Below are positions 27,292 to 36,857 of a DNA stretch of 64,000 nucleotides, piece after piece (within the stretch, counting starts at the first letter, position 1; each line of letters begins with the position of its first letter). The notes under the pieces were generated by a model that had not been told where the DNA came from, searched no databases, and saw nothing but the letters and a program-made list of their open reading frames with translations. Position numbers and translations under genes: made by a program. The stretch is from the IMG/VR virus record IMGVR_UViG_3300045988_117041; one strand, written 5' to 3'. Source of the stretch: a virus.

Positions 27292-27765
27292 ATGTTTAAG
27301 AGTATCAAAGACCTGTTTGTGTTAGACGTACAGGCGGCTAGAACTACGGCAAGTGACCCGTTACAGAAGTTCATGTTCCGTGTCACCATTAACGGTATGC
27401 CGTCCTCAATCGGATTCCAGAAGGTGTCCGGGCTGTCTAAAGAAATGGGTGTTGTAGAATACCAGGAAGGTGGGTATGACTACGCACACAAGCTGTCTGG
27501 AAGACCGAAGGTAGGGGAAGTCACAATGGAGCGTGGTGCTTTCGCAGACCGTTCCCTTGAAGAACTTTGGAAGAAGACCCTTATGGATTCCTCCGCAAGA
27601 AACACTATCATCATTGAAATGTTAGACAGACAGGGTAATGTGTCCCGCACTTACAAACTTGCCGAAGCGTGGGTGAGTAAGTGGGAAGGTTCCGACCTTG
27701 ACGCTACCAGTGATGATGTGGCAATCGAAAAGATTACCGTCCAGCATGAGTATTTCCTGGACTAA
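27292..27765 (+). CDS. tail tube protein (T4 gp19/TIGR02241-like)
   Basis: FRVTINGMPSSIGFQKVSGLSKEMGVVEYQEGG...AIEKITVQHEYF. Lies directly after the sheath gene. Confidence 0.85.
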   Translation: MFKSIKDLFVLDVQAARTTASDPLQKFMFRVTINGMPSSIGFQKVSGLSKEMGVVEYQEGGYDYAHKLSGRPKVGEVTMERGAFADRSLEELWKKTLMDSSARNTIIIEMLDRQGNVSRTYKLAEAWVSKWEGSDLDATSDDVAIEKITVQHEYFLD

Positions 27766-27791
27766 TCTAATATAGCACTCTCCATAACAAG

Positions 27792-27829
27792 TCCCCTAAT
27801 TAGTTGTTGCTAGTTAGGGGATTTTGGTT
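27792..27829 (+). terminator. rho-independent terminator after sheath-tube
   Basis: tcccctaattag 27792-27803 pairs with ctagttagggga 27810-27821 (1 mismatch), followed by TTTTGGTTT. Confidence 0.8.
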
Positions 27830-27880
27830 TATAATAGGCTTAAAACAAAATAACAACCTTTCATCAAGGAGGACAAGAAA

Positions 27881-28693
27881 TTGAAGAAATTAGTACCTAA
27901 AAAGAAAGTAGCAGAAAAGACGGTTGAAAAGAGGGTTGATAGTGTTGCACAGAAATCCAACACTGGTAATCTTTCATTTCAAGTAGGTGTTAAAGACGAA
28001 GTGACAGGTGACACTTATAAATACTATGACATTCGTGGTCTTACGGGTGCTGACGAAGAAGAACTTGCCAAACCAGAGTACAGAAACAACAAAGGTAAGT
28101 TCATCAACGTTATCCTGTCCCGGTGTATCACCCATATCGGCCCATATGACAAAAAGACGTTGGACTTTAAGAAGTGGTATGAAGTGATACAGTCTTTAGT
28201 CATTGCAGACCAGGACTTAGCCCTTATGGAAATCCGTAAGAAGCTGACAGGTGATAATATCACTACAGAATCTATGTGTCCTGCGTGTAGCGCACGTCTT
28301 AAGACGGAAATGTCTATTGACGAGTTCCCCATCAAACCCTATCTGGGTGAGACTGAATGGGAGAATGACCTGCCAGATGGTGTTGAGATTAATGGAGAAA
28401 TCCGTACTCACTACACTATGAGACTTCCTAATGGTCTTGACCGTGAACTGTATATGCCAGTGGCAGATAAGAACGCCGCGAAGGGAACTACACTGTTACT
28501 GTCCAGGCTTGCTACTTTTGAGGGTGTCGTTACTAACGCTGAGACGTTCCGTAACATGACATTATCAGACAGAAAGTATATGGAAGATGATTTAAACGAG
28601 CACAACTTTGGTTATGAGTTAATAGCTGAGGTTGAGTGTCCAGAGTGCGGTGAATCCTATAAGATTGCGGTGGGAAATGTAAATTTTACTTAA
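27881..28693 (+). CDS. tail assembly chaperone-position protein with two zinc ribbons
   Basis: TTG start after caaggagga. Contains CPACS and CPECG pairs. Lies between the tube and tape-measure genes. Confidence 0.5.
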   Translation: MKKLVPKKKVAEKTVEKRVDSVAQKSNTGNLSFQVGVKDEVTGDTYKYYDIRGLTGADEEELAKPEYRNNKGKFINVILSRCITHIGPYDKKTLDFKKWYEVIQSLVIADQDLALMEIRKKLTGDNITTESMCPACSARLKTEMSIDEFPIKPYLGETEWENDLPDGVEINGEIRTHYTMRLPNGLDRELYMPVADKNAAKGTTLLLSRLATFEGVVTNAETFRNMTLSDRKYMEDDLNEHNFGYELIAEVECPECGESYKIAVGNVNFT

Positions 28694-28722
28694 ACACATT
28701 TTTCGCCCAGGAATTAGAGGGT

Positions 28723-28947
28723 GTGTGTGACCTAAAAGCGAGAGCATGGGAAATACACACCCTTGCTTATTGTTATCACTGGTCTTTAGCAGAAATAAAA
28801 GCACTTTCCGTTAAAGAAAGAAAAATGTGGTATTTAATGGTGCTTAAACAGAAAAGAGCAGAAGAAGTTGCATTGAAGGGCAAAGACAAAGTGGAACCAT
28901 CACCACTTGATGAAATGCTAGAAGAAGAAAAGGACTTTGTAATATAA
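28723..28947 (+). CDS. hypothetical protein (74 aa)
   Basis: GTG start after agaggg. Lies just upstream of the tape measure gene. Confidence 0.45.
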   Translation: MCDLKARAWEIHTLAYCYHWSLAEIKALSVKERKMWYLMVLKQKRAEEVALKGKDKVEPSPLDEMLEEEKDFVI

Positions 28948-28966
28948 GAGAAAGGAGGTTAATACT

Positions 28967-31900
28967 ATGGGCGCATTTGGTCTAGGTTTAGTGCTTAATT
29001 TTACCGATAACGCAACCGCAGGTATGAATAAAGTTTCTAACACCTTTAATTTAATGTCGCAAAACGCAGACGCTATGGTGTCGTCTGTAGAAGGTTCACT
29101 GAGTAGATTGTCGAACATGGGTATTATTGGTTCAACACTCATGCAGTTTGGTGATACCATGCAATCCGCAGGAGCGGGAATTTTAAACACCTACGAAAAA
29201 ATCGGTAATAAAATAACTTCTATCGGTATGGATATGTACTCTGCAAGAGCACAGCTAACATCATTGTATGGTGGTGCTGACCCTGCCGAGGAACAGTTAA
29301 ACAATATTATGACTTATGCAAGAAAGTCGGTGTTTGCTTATCAAGACGTGTTAAAAGCCGTCATTATGATGAAAGCAAATGGTATTGAAGCACTAGAGGA
29401 AGTAACAAGCACAAGTGGTAAGTCAACACAGAAGTTGATGGACTATGCTTCCGACCTAGCCGCATTTAACCCGCAAATGCGTAACTCATACGGAACTGGT
29501 GTTAGAGCCGCTATGGGTGCTATCAATGAGTACATAGCAGAAGGTAACGCTATTTCATTGAAACGTGGTGCGTCCCTAGATATTAACTCCATTCTGGGAG
29601 AAGATAAGGGTGCAACGATTGAAGAACGTACAAGACAGATAGCAGACCTCATGGAGAAGTTAAACATGGTTGGTCTTACTGCTGGTCTTGCAGGAACACC
29701 TATGCAACAGTTATCTAACATGGGCGACTTAGTGTTCCAGACGTTTTCAAAAATATCTGATAATGGTGTGTTTGAGAAGTTTAGTGAAATACTTGCAACT
29801 CTCACCACACCTATACAAAGACTTGCGGACGAGACAGATATATTTGACCGTGTAGCAAGGTCTTTAGCTGACGCTATGTTAGCCATTATGAATCCTATTC
29901 AGAAGGTTGCAGAGTATCTAGCAACGTGGATAGAACCTATATTAGAGTTTGTAGCACAACACCCTAAACTTGTAGCCATGATAGGTGTCATTGGTGGTAT
30001 AGCGGGTGTGTCATTACTCGCCGCAGGTATGTTACTCAAACTTGTAGGTAGTATTACCATGTTACAAGTAAGCCTGGGACTTTTAAGATTGAGCGGGTTA
30101 GGTGGTATAGGTATATTTAAGATGATGATTACCGCTGTAGGTGGTCTTATATCTGCAATAGCACCTTTTGTAGCCATAGCCTTTTTAATGTATGAAGCCT
30201 GGACTAATAACATTCTGGGTATACGTGATGCGTTGACCGCGTTCATACAAGACGTTATGTTCTTAGGGACTGTGTTAGTAGACGCTTTGAGTGATGATAC
30301 AATTTCCTATGATATGTGGGTGAAAGCCCGTGACATGGGACTATTGCCCTTCATAGAAACAATACTTGACCTTAAGTATAACGTGATTGATTTTATCAAT
30401 GGGTTTAAGCAAGGACTACAAGACATTAAGTCTTTTGTAGACCAAGTAGCAAACACCATGACACCGTTTGGATTCACGTTAAAAGACATTACAGACAAGG
30501 TTACAGAACTACTTGATAAGTTTGTAGGGTTCAAGTTTTCGTCTGGCTGGGAAAGCGCGGGAAAGACATTCGCTATCATAGGAAGTGCTTTACTTGTAGC
30601 ATTACCCGCAATTAAGATAGTGTCTATACTGTTTGGTGCTATGACCTCACCTATTGGACTTATTGCCGCAGGAATAGCTTTAGTAGTCATGAACTTTGAC
30701 AAGCTGAAAGAAGTCCTGGGTAATATACCGGGTATGATTGAAAACCTAGACCTTAAGTCTTTAGGAGGTTATATATCTGCCGCGTTGTTAGGACTTTTAG
30801 CAACTATCAAAGGTGGTTCATTCGCCTCTGGTTTTGCCAGTGTTATGTTGGGTGTGTTCAAAGGCGGGTTTGGGTTATTAATGAGTTTAGGCTCCTTCTT
30901 TGGCCCAATGATAATTAAGTTCTTTCCTATGTTAGTCAAAGGTCTTTGGAGCATGATACCAGCAGGTATACAGTTATTTGCTGGTCTGTTTGCGGGTGTG
31001 TTTACAAAAATGCTACCCCTGTTTGGTGCTAAAGTCATTGCGCTAGGCGGTAGAGTACTTGCACCTATACTGTCTATCTTTGGTGGTCTGGGCGCGAAGT
31101 TATTACCTTTACTACTGAAAGTAGGAGGGACATTATTGGGTGCCATTGGTGCTATATTCGGGCCTATCATAAGTGCTATAGGCGGTGTTCCTCTGTTAAT
31201 TGGTGGTGCTATCATAGCCGCTATTGCTGTAGTAGTAGCGTTGATAACCAATAACGGTGAAGGAATAAAGAACGCCTTTGAGAAGATATGGAACGCAATA
31301 CCAGAACCTATACAGGGTGTTATCATTAAAGTAGGTCAAATGCTGTCCGGGTTAGCAAATAAGCTGATAGACGCATTAGGACTTAGACCTTTAATGAACA
31401 CCATACAGCAGAACCTTCCACAGATTATTCAGTGGTTCAGTAACCTAGGAAACCAGATATTAGGTATATTCAGTAAGTTAATCACCTGGGTAAAGGGTGC
31501 ATGGGACGGATGGCTGGGAGACCTTATAAGAAACATTGGTTCCTTTGTGGGTAATGTAATCACAATCGTAGGTGGTCTGTTAGCTGTACTGATTCCTATA
31601 GTCATGGACTTAATCAGTGGTATACTTGATGTAGTGTTACCTATCGTTGACGGAATTGGTGCTATCATCAATGACGTTATGGACGTAGTGAACGGTATAC
31701 TAGAGTTTATCATTGGTGTGTTCACTGGTGACTGGGGTAAAGCCTGGGACGGTGTTGTGTCTACGTTCTCTGGCATATTCAACGCCGTGAAAGATATTTT
31801 TAAGACAGTTATCAATGCAGTAATAGGTCTTGCGAATAAGTTTATCGGTGCACTGAATAAGATAAGTATTCCGGGAACAGATATAGGTGTTAATATTCCA

Positions 31901-32263
31901 GAGATACCGTTACTGAACACTGGTGGTTATGTAGAAAAAGAGGGCGCGGCAGTATTGCACCCGTCCGAGATTGTAGTCAATGCACCAATGACAAAGAAAC
32001 TGGACGAGTTCTTGAATAACCAAGACAGAGCAGTGCCTAACGCTGGTGCCGTACCTACACAGGTAACACCGCCAGCAGTAACCGCAGATTCACATGACGA
32101 TTACAGTGTTAAGTTTGAGCAAGGAAGTATTGTCATTCAAGCACAGAAGGGTATGTCCGAAGCTGAAATGCGTCAGATGGCAGAAACCATCATGAAGTAT
32201 GCAGAGCGCAAGAGAGAAATAGACGCTATGGCAAGAAAGCCTAAAAAGGAGGTGTATGCTTAA
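28967..32263 (+). CDS. tail tape measure protein
   Basis: 1098 aa with long G/A/I/L-rich hydrophobic repeats. Position between the chaperone and baseplate genes. Confidence 0.85.
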   Translation: MGAFGLGLVLNFTDNATAGMNKVSNTFNLMSQNADAMVSSVEGSLSRLSNMGIIGSTLMQFGDTMQSAGAGILNTYEKIGNKITSIGMDMYSARAQLTSLYGGADPAEEQLNNIMTYARKSVFAYQDVLKAVIMMKANGIEALEEVTSTSGKSTQKLMDYASDLAAFNPQMRNSYGTGVRAAMGAINEYIAEGNAISLKRGASLDINSILGEDKGATIEERTRQIADLMEKLNMVGLTAGLAGTPMQQLSNMGDLVFQTFSKISDNGVFEKFSEILATLTTPIQRLADETDIFDRVARSLADAMLAIMNPIQKVAEYLATWIEPILEFVAQHPKLVAMIGVIGGIAGVSLLAAGMLLKLVGSITMLQVSLGLLRLSGLGGIGIFKMMITAVGGLISAIAPFVAIAFLMYEAWTNNILGIRDALTAFIQDVMFLGTVLVDALSDDTISYDMWVKARDMGLLPFIETILDLKYNVIDFINGFKQGLQDIKSFVDQVANTMTPFGFTLKDITDKVTELLDKFVGFKFSSGWESAGKTFAIIGSALLVALPAIKIVSILFGAMTSPIGLIAAGIALVVMNFDKLKEVLGNIPGMIENLDLKSLGGYISAALLGLLATIKGGSFASGFASVMLGVFKGGFGLLMSLGSFFGPMIIKFFPMLVKGLWSMIPAGIQLFAGLFAGVFTKMLPLFGAKVIALGGRVLAPILSIFGGLGAKLLPLLLKVGGTLLGAIGAIFGPIISAIGGVPLLIGGAIIAAIAVVVALITNNGEGIKNAFEKIWNAIPEPIQGVIIKVGQMLSGLANKLIDALGLRPLMNTIQQNLPQIIQWFSNLGNQILGIFSKLITWVKGAWDGWLGDLIRNIGSFVGNVITIVGGLLAVLIPIVMDLISGILDVVLPIVDGIGAIINDVMDVVNGILEFIIGVFTGDWGKAWDGVVSTFSGIFNAVKDIFKTVINAVIGLANKFIGALNKISIPGTDIGVNIPEIPLLNTGGYVEKEGAAVLHPSEIVVNAPMTKKLDEFLNNQDRAVPNAGAVPTQVTPPAVTADSHDDYSVKFEQGSIVIQAQKGMSEAEMRQMAETIMKYAERKREIDAMARKPKKEVYA

Positions 32264-32691
32264 TGGCAAAGATAACCAAAGGTTATTTAAAGAACATGGA
32301 CACCGGGAGTATTAAAAAGTTCCAGTATAACCCAACACACTTTCAACACGGGAAAAATGCAACCTACGTGAATATTGAAGCCGTAGGTATGCACCACCCC
32401 ATCATTGCATTTGTGAAAGGTGAAGCAGAAGAATTTCCTATGGAAATTTATATGTATGACAATCCGTCCACAGGTAAGATTGCGTCATTTGAGAAATTCA
32501 TATTGAGTTTAATGCCGAAGGACAGAAACCCGTCCGTGTTTACAAAACCAGCTAGTGTTATTGTTGCATACGGACGCACAGTTAAAAAGTGTGTTGTGAC
32601 CGGGTATACAGTAGACGAGACTATGCACGATAGAAAGCTGAATGTCATGGAAGCAACGTTCACAATAAACTTCAAAACGATAGGAGGGTGA
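32263..32691 (+). CDS. hypothetical tail protein (142 aa)
   Basis: ATG overlaps the TMP stop (TAATG). Confidence 0.55.
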   Translation: MAKITKGYLKNMDTGSIKKFQYNPTHFQHGKNATYVNIEAVGMHHPIIAFVKGEAEEFPMEIYMYDNPSTGKIASFEKFILSLMPKDRNPSVFTKPASVIVAYGRTVKKCVVTGYTVDETMHDRKLNVMEATFTINFKTIGG

Positions 32692-32990
32692 TTCCAGTGT
32701 TATTTCAAGGTAGTAGGTATCTTTCCTGTAAGCTACACTTACAGAGCGGGGAAACACCAATTCTGACGTTTAGAAGACCATACAAATTCAACATTGATAA
32801 AGCTACAACTTATGTGTTCAAGGAATTTGATACAATCGACTATATAGCGTATAAGACTTATGGTGATTCACGTCTGTATTGGGCTATACTTGACGCAAAC
32901 CCACAGTATCAAAGTGAATTAGAAATACAGGTAGGGGACGTGTTAATAGTCCCCGCCTATGACGAGGTGGTGACATTGAGTGGCAAGTAA
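32688..32990 (+). CDS. LysM-like tail protein (gpX/XkdP-like)
   Basis: FDTIDYIAYKTYGDSRLYWAILDANP...VGDVLIVP. The start is GTG at 32688 or 32697. Confidence 0.65.
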   Translation: MIPVLFQGSRYLSCKLHLQSGETPILTFRRPYKFNIDKATTYVFKEFDTIDYIAYKTYGDSRLYWAILDANPQYQSELEIQVGDVLIVPAYDEVVTLSGK

Positions 32991-33810
32991 GTATGTAATG
33001 GCGGTGTATGATATGACACTGAATGGCAGTGATTTAACTACCAAACAAAGAAGTTGTATTAATGCCGTAAACATCATGCACAGTAGTAAAGGTGCAGACA
33101 CCATGACCGTGAATGTCACAGACCCGGACTTTGTATATATCAATGATGATATTTTCGTAGATGATGTGCCAATAACAGCGGACGTGTATTTCCTCAATAA
33201 TAACACCAAAGATTCATTTTCTGGTTTTATATCCGCAATAGATATAACTTTCCCAGAAGACGGAAATCCGACACTGGTGTTGAACTGTATTGATGAAACG
33301 TATCGTATGACCCGTGGCAAGAAAAAGCGTTCCTGGACTAATACCACAAGTGCCGCAGTTGTACAGGCAATCGCCGCCGAATATGGTTATCAGTGTGTGA
33401 CCGAAGCCGGGTATGCTTTTGAGACACAAGAGACCATAGCCCAAGACAACACAACAGACGCGGATTTTATAGATAAACTCGCGCAAGATGAAATAGAGGA
33501 CTTCATGTTTAAGTTAGTAGGTAACACCTTGTACTACGTTAAACACGCCGTAATAGGTGAACCATCAACACACCTTTATTACAGGAGTAATGACTACAGC
33601 GTAAAGTCATTTAGTCCGCAGATTAATAAAGAGACAAAGAAGGTAGAAAGTAAGGCAGACGTTATAACACCTGCAACTAAAGCGAAAGACAGTGCTAGTG
33701 TTGCAGGAGGTGGTGAAGGTTCCGCGTCAACGTCTGGCGGTCAAGTAACACCAGACAGTCAAAAGAACATGAAGTACAATAACAAGACTGGAAAATGGAG
33801 TGAGGTGTAG
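32980..33810 (+). CDS. gpD/XkdQ-like baseplate hub protein
   Basis: Assigned by position and the N-terminal pattern (...TVNVTDPDF...FSGFISAIDITFPEDG...). Confidence 0.55.
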   Translation: MASKYVMAVYDMTLNGSDLTTKQRSCINAVNIMHSSKGADTMTVNVTDPDFVYINDDIFVDDVPITADVYFLNNNTKDSFSGFISAIDITFPEDGNPTLVLNCIDETYRMTRGKKKRSWTNTTSAAVVQAIAAEYGYQCVTEAGYAFETQETIAQDNTTDADFIDKLAQDEIEDFMFKLVGNTLYYVKHAVIGEPSTHLYYRSNDYSVKSFSPQINKETKKVESKADVITPATKAKDSASVAGGGEGSASTSGGQVTPDSQKNMKYNNKTGKWSEV

Positions 33811-33813
33811 TTT

Positions 33814-34509
33814 ATGAGTGTTTCGTATAATGAACCAATAGGGCCAAGTAATAACCCTACAGGAATGAAGTATGACCCAAAGACAGGTAGTTGGACACCC
33901 TCATATGCACCTACTTCCAAAGGCGGTAAATCAAACACTGCAAGTAACGGAACCGCTGGGGACAGTAATGGAGGTTTAGGTACTGATAAGAAAGACAGTG
34001 CCGCAGGTAAAGCCAAAAAAGAAGCGGTAGAAATTGAGAGTAACACCCTCACCGCAGAAGTACCTTTGGTTCCATCAAACAAGACACTTGCTATCAAAGT
34101 TAGAGATACTGTAGCAATAAACGGCGTGGGAAAGTATTTGAGTGGCAATTACTACGTGACTAATAAGACAGTGGCACTAGATACCAGTTCTGGTATCACT
34201 GTCTCAATCAGTGTTGTAAAGTCAAAGTTTGCGGATAACATGAAAACACCTACAGAGTTATCCGAGGACGATATAGTAACACTGAACGGGCCAGAACCAG
34301 AACCCAGGGTAGAACCCGTGGAATTAGAGTATGCAGATACTTTAAGAGTAGGTGATAAAGTAAAACTGTTTGACCCCAGTGAGTTAGGTGTATCAACACC
34401 TGTAGCAAACGGTGTGTTGACCGTAAGTAAGATAAAAGAAGATAACACCAAAGTGTTACTGAGGGAGTTATTCTGCTGGGTAGAAACTGATTTTGTATAT
34501 AAAGTGTAG
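33814..34509 (+). CDS. hypothetical baseplate protein
   Basis: SD gtgaggtg 6 nt upstream. Same reading frame as the upstream gene, separated only by TAG-TTT. Confidence 0.5.
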   Translation: MSVSYNEPIGPSNNPTGMKYDPKTGSWTPSYAPTSKGGKSNTASNGTAGDSNGGLGTDKKDSAAGKAKKEAVEIESNTLTAEVPLVPSNKTLAIKVRDTVAINGVGKYLSGNYYVTNKTVALDTSSGITVSISVVKSKFADNMKTPTELSEDDIVTLNGPEPEPRVEPVELEYADTLRVGDKVKLFDPSELGVSTPVANGVLTVSKIKEDNTKVLLRELFCWVETDFVYKV

Positions 34510-34520
34510 AGGTGATTGCA

Positions 34521-34961
34521 ATGAGTAGTAAAGTGTTAGCAGGAATGTACAGAGGAACAGTAGTAAGTGTAGACGACCCGGAGAACAGATACAGAGTTTT
34601 AGTGTGTGTCCCTAGCGTTACAGGTGAATATGCCGCTGGCTGGGCTGAACCGTGTTTTCAGTATTGTGCCGATACAGAAGGTGATTGTTTCCTTCCCGTA
34701 GTTGGAGACACCTTATGGGTTATGTTTGAAGAAGGTAAGTTAAACAGACCTGTGTGGATTGGAAACTGGTATTCTACAGCTAAAGCACCACAGGACATTG
34801 CCACCAGTAAAACAAAACGTGTCATTATGTACCAGGGTACTAAAATTGTAATTGGTGGGGGTGTTGTAGAAGTAGTAGGAAACCTTGCAGTACAAGGCAA
34901 CATTACCGCAACAGGAAGTATAAGTGCAACCGGTACAGTGACGGGCAGTAATATAAGATAG
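34521..34961 (+). CDS. baseplate spike/assembly protein V-like (gp5 OB fold)
   Basis: YRGTVVSVDDPENRYRVLVCVPSV...GDTLWVMFEEGKLNRPVWIGNWY. Confidence 0.7.
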   Translation: MSSKVLAGMYRGTVVSVDDPENRYRVLVCVPSVTGEYAAGWAEPCFQYCADTEGDCFLPVVGDTLWVMFEEGKLNRPVWIGNWYSTAKAPQDIATSKTKRVIMYQGTKIVIGGGVVEVVGNLAVQGNITATGSISATGTVTGSNIR

Positions 34962-34971
34962 AGGTGATTTA

Positions 34972-35370
34972 ATGAGTGACAGAAAGCAAATACGGGGAAT
35001 AAGTTTCCCGTTCCGTATCAACGTGAGAGGTGGTATTGCTATGAGTGTTACAAACACAAACACCTTTACACATACGGACGAAGCTATACATCAGTTGTTG
35101 ACTACAGAGCGGGGAGAACGTTTAATGGAGTTCTACCTGTATTCTGATTTGGACACACTGATTTTTGAACCCAATGACGAGACCACCAAAAGTCTTTTGG
35201 AGTTTGAAGTTAAGGACACGATACAGACACATTTGAGTGACACCCTAGAGATTGACGATATACAGGTGACACAAGACAAAAACCTTATATTTGCAGATAT
35301 TACATACCACCTTGTAAACTTTGGTGGTAATCTGCATACAACGAGGGTGCAGATAGGAGGTTATCAGTAA
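34972..35370 (+). CDS. baseplate wedge protein, GPW/gp25 family
   Basis: IRGISFPFRIN...IHQLLTTERGERLMEFYLYSDLDTLIFEPND. Confidence 0.8.
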   Translation: MSDRKQIRGISFPFRINVRGGIAMSVTNTNTFTHTDEAIHQLLTTERGERLMEFYLYSDLDTLIFEPNDETTKSLLEFEVKDTIQTHLSDTLEIDDIQVTQDKNLIFADITYHLVNFGGNLHTTRVQIGGYQ

Positions 35371-36857
35371 TGAGTAATGTAGGCAACAATATGTTAGACT
35401 ACACCAACAGGGATTATGAATCCGTGAGAAATGACCTTGTGTCCACTCTGCCAAAATACCTACCAGAGTACACGGACACGTCAGAATTAGACCCTGGAAT
35501 CGTCATACTAGAGTTAATCAGCCGGGGAATAGATATACTCAACTTCTACCAGGATTCACAAGCTAATGAAGTGTTTTTGCAGTATGCGCAACAGAGGGAA
35601 AATATACTTGCAAACAGCTATTCACTGGGTTACACCCCGGCAGAAGCAACACCATCTATATTTGATTTGGTCTTTGTGTTGAACAGTGTACAGAAACAGG
35701 CTGTGACAATACCCATGGGATTTAAAGTGCACACTGTTAAGACAGAGGTTGACAGTGAAGTGTATTTTGAGACCACAAAAGACCTTGTTATTCCAGCGGG
35801 AAGTTTAGGTAATGAGAAAGACACCAGCGGTAATTATCTGTACACCGTAGAAGCAATACAGGGACAGACAATCGAAAGTGAATTAGTCGGAACCAGTACG
35901 GGTGCTGAGAACCAGGAGTTTACACTTGCATACGCGCCTGTAATATACACCAGTGTTTCATTGCTGATTAATGAAGGTACTGGTTTTACACAGTGGGACA
36001 GAGTAGATAATTTCATTGATAGTCTTCCAGACAGTAAGCACTTCCGTGTCGTACTGAATATGGATAACAAAGCAAAGATTATCTTTGGTAATGGTGTTAG
36101 TGGTAAAATACCTAAACCTTACAAGAACGGTATCTACGCTTACTACAGAATCGGTGGTGGAACGATAGGTAATGTAGGTGAGAACACCATCACTGAAATG
36201 AATACCAGACCAGCGGTAGTGAAAGAGTGTTTCAATCCTAAACGCGCAAGAGTACAAGCCACAGACAAGGAAACCAATGACGAGGTTAGAATAAACGCAC
36301 CAAAGTATAACATGACGAAGTATGCACCAGTGCGGGAGGAAGACCACTCTTATCTAGTGTTAAAGGAGTTCAAGACCAAACTTAAATTTGCGTCCGCGAT
36401 AAGAGACCCAGATGATGTGGATTTAATTGACCTGTATGTGTTAGTCCGGGAAGAATACAGTGATACGTTCACACTTGATGATACACTTAAGGCAGAGATT
36501 GAATCCTACTTTGCAGAGTGTCAGATTGTGGGATGTAAACTGAAAGCATACCCGCCGACTTATAAGTCTATTGGTCTTGATTGTACACTTGAAGTAAAAG
36601 ACACGTTTTTGCGGGACGAAGTGAAAGCTAATGTTGAGCAGTATTTAAGACAGTATTTCAAAATAGGTTATTATGATTTTGGACAAGAGTTATCCTTGAC
36701 CGACCTTGAAGGTCTTGTGTCTACCAACATTGACGGCATAAGGGTGTTCCGTATAAACACAACACCATTGACAATAGTCCCGGCTAAGAGTGAGATTTTA
36801 ACTTTAGGTTCGTTGACTATATCCGCTACAGGAGGTGCTAAAGTTGTCACGAATTAA
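35370..36857 (+). CDS. baseplate J-like protein
   Basis: 495 aa directly after the gp25-like gene (TAATG overlap). Order as in XkdS-XkdT or P2 W-J. Confidence 0.75.
   Translation: MSNVGNNMLDYTNRDYESVRNDLVSTLPKYLPEYTDTSELDPGIVILELISRGIDILNFYQDSQANEVFLQYAQQRENILANSYSLGYTPAEATPSIFDLVFVLNSVQKQAVTIPMGFKVHTVKTEVDSEVYFETTKDLVIPAGSLGNEKDTSGNYLYTVEAIQGQTIESELVGTSTGAENQEFTLAYAPVIYTSVSLLINEGTGFTQWDRVDNFIDSLPDSKHFRVVLNMDNKAKIIFGNGVSGKIPKPYKNGIYAYYRIGGGTIGNVGENTITEMNTRPAVVKECFNPKRARVQATDKETNDEVRINAPKYNMTKYAPVREEDHSYLVLKEFKTKLKFASAIRDPDDVDLIDLYVLVREEYSDTFTLDDTLKAEIESYFAECQIVGCKLKAYPPTYKSIGLDCTLEVKDTFLRDEVKANVEQYLRQYFKIGYYDFGQELSLTDLEGLVSTNIDGIRVFRINTTPLTIVPAKSEILTLGSLTISATGGAKVVTN

Noticed and set aside
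28660-28760. Programmed -1 frameshift between the two ORFs upstream of the tape measure gene (G/GT-type)
   Set aside because: The ORFs do not overlap; a 29-nt gap follows the stop. I see no slippery heptamer, and the second ORF has its own SD and GTG.
29443-31920. Series of minus-strand ORFs (115-185 aa) antisense to the tape measure gene
   Set aside because: These are antisense artefacts of the Gly/Ala/Ile-rich repetitive coding sequence. None has an SD or promoter.
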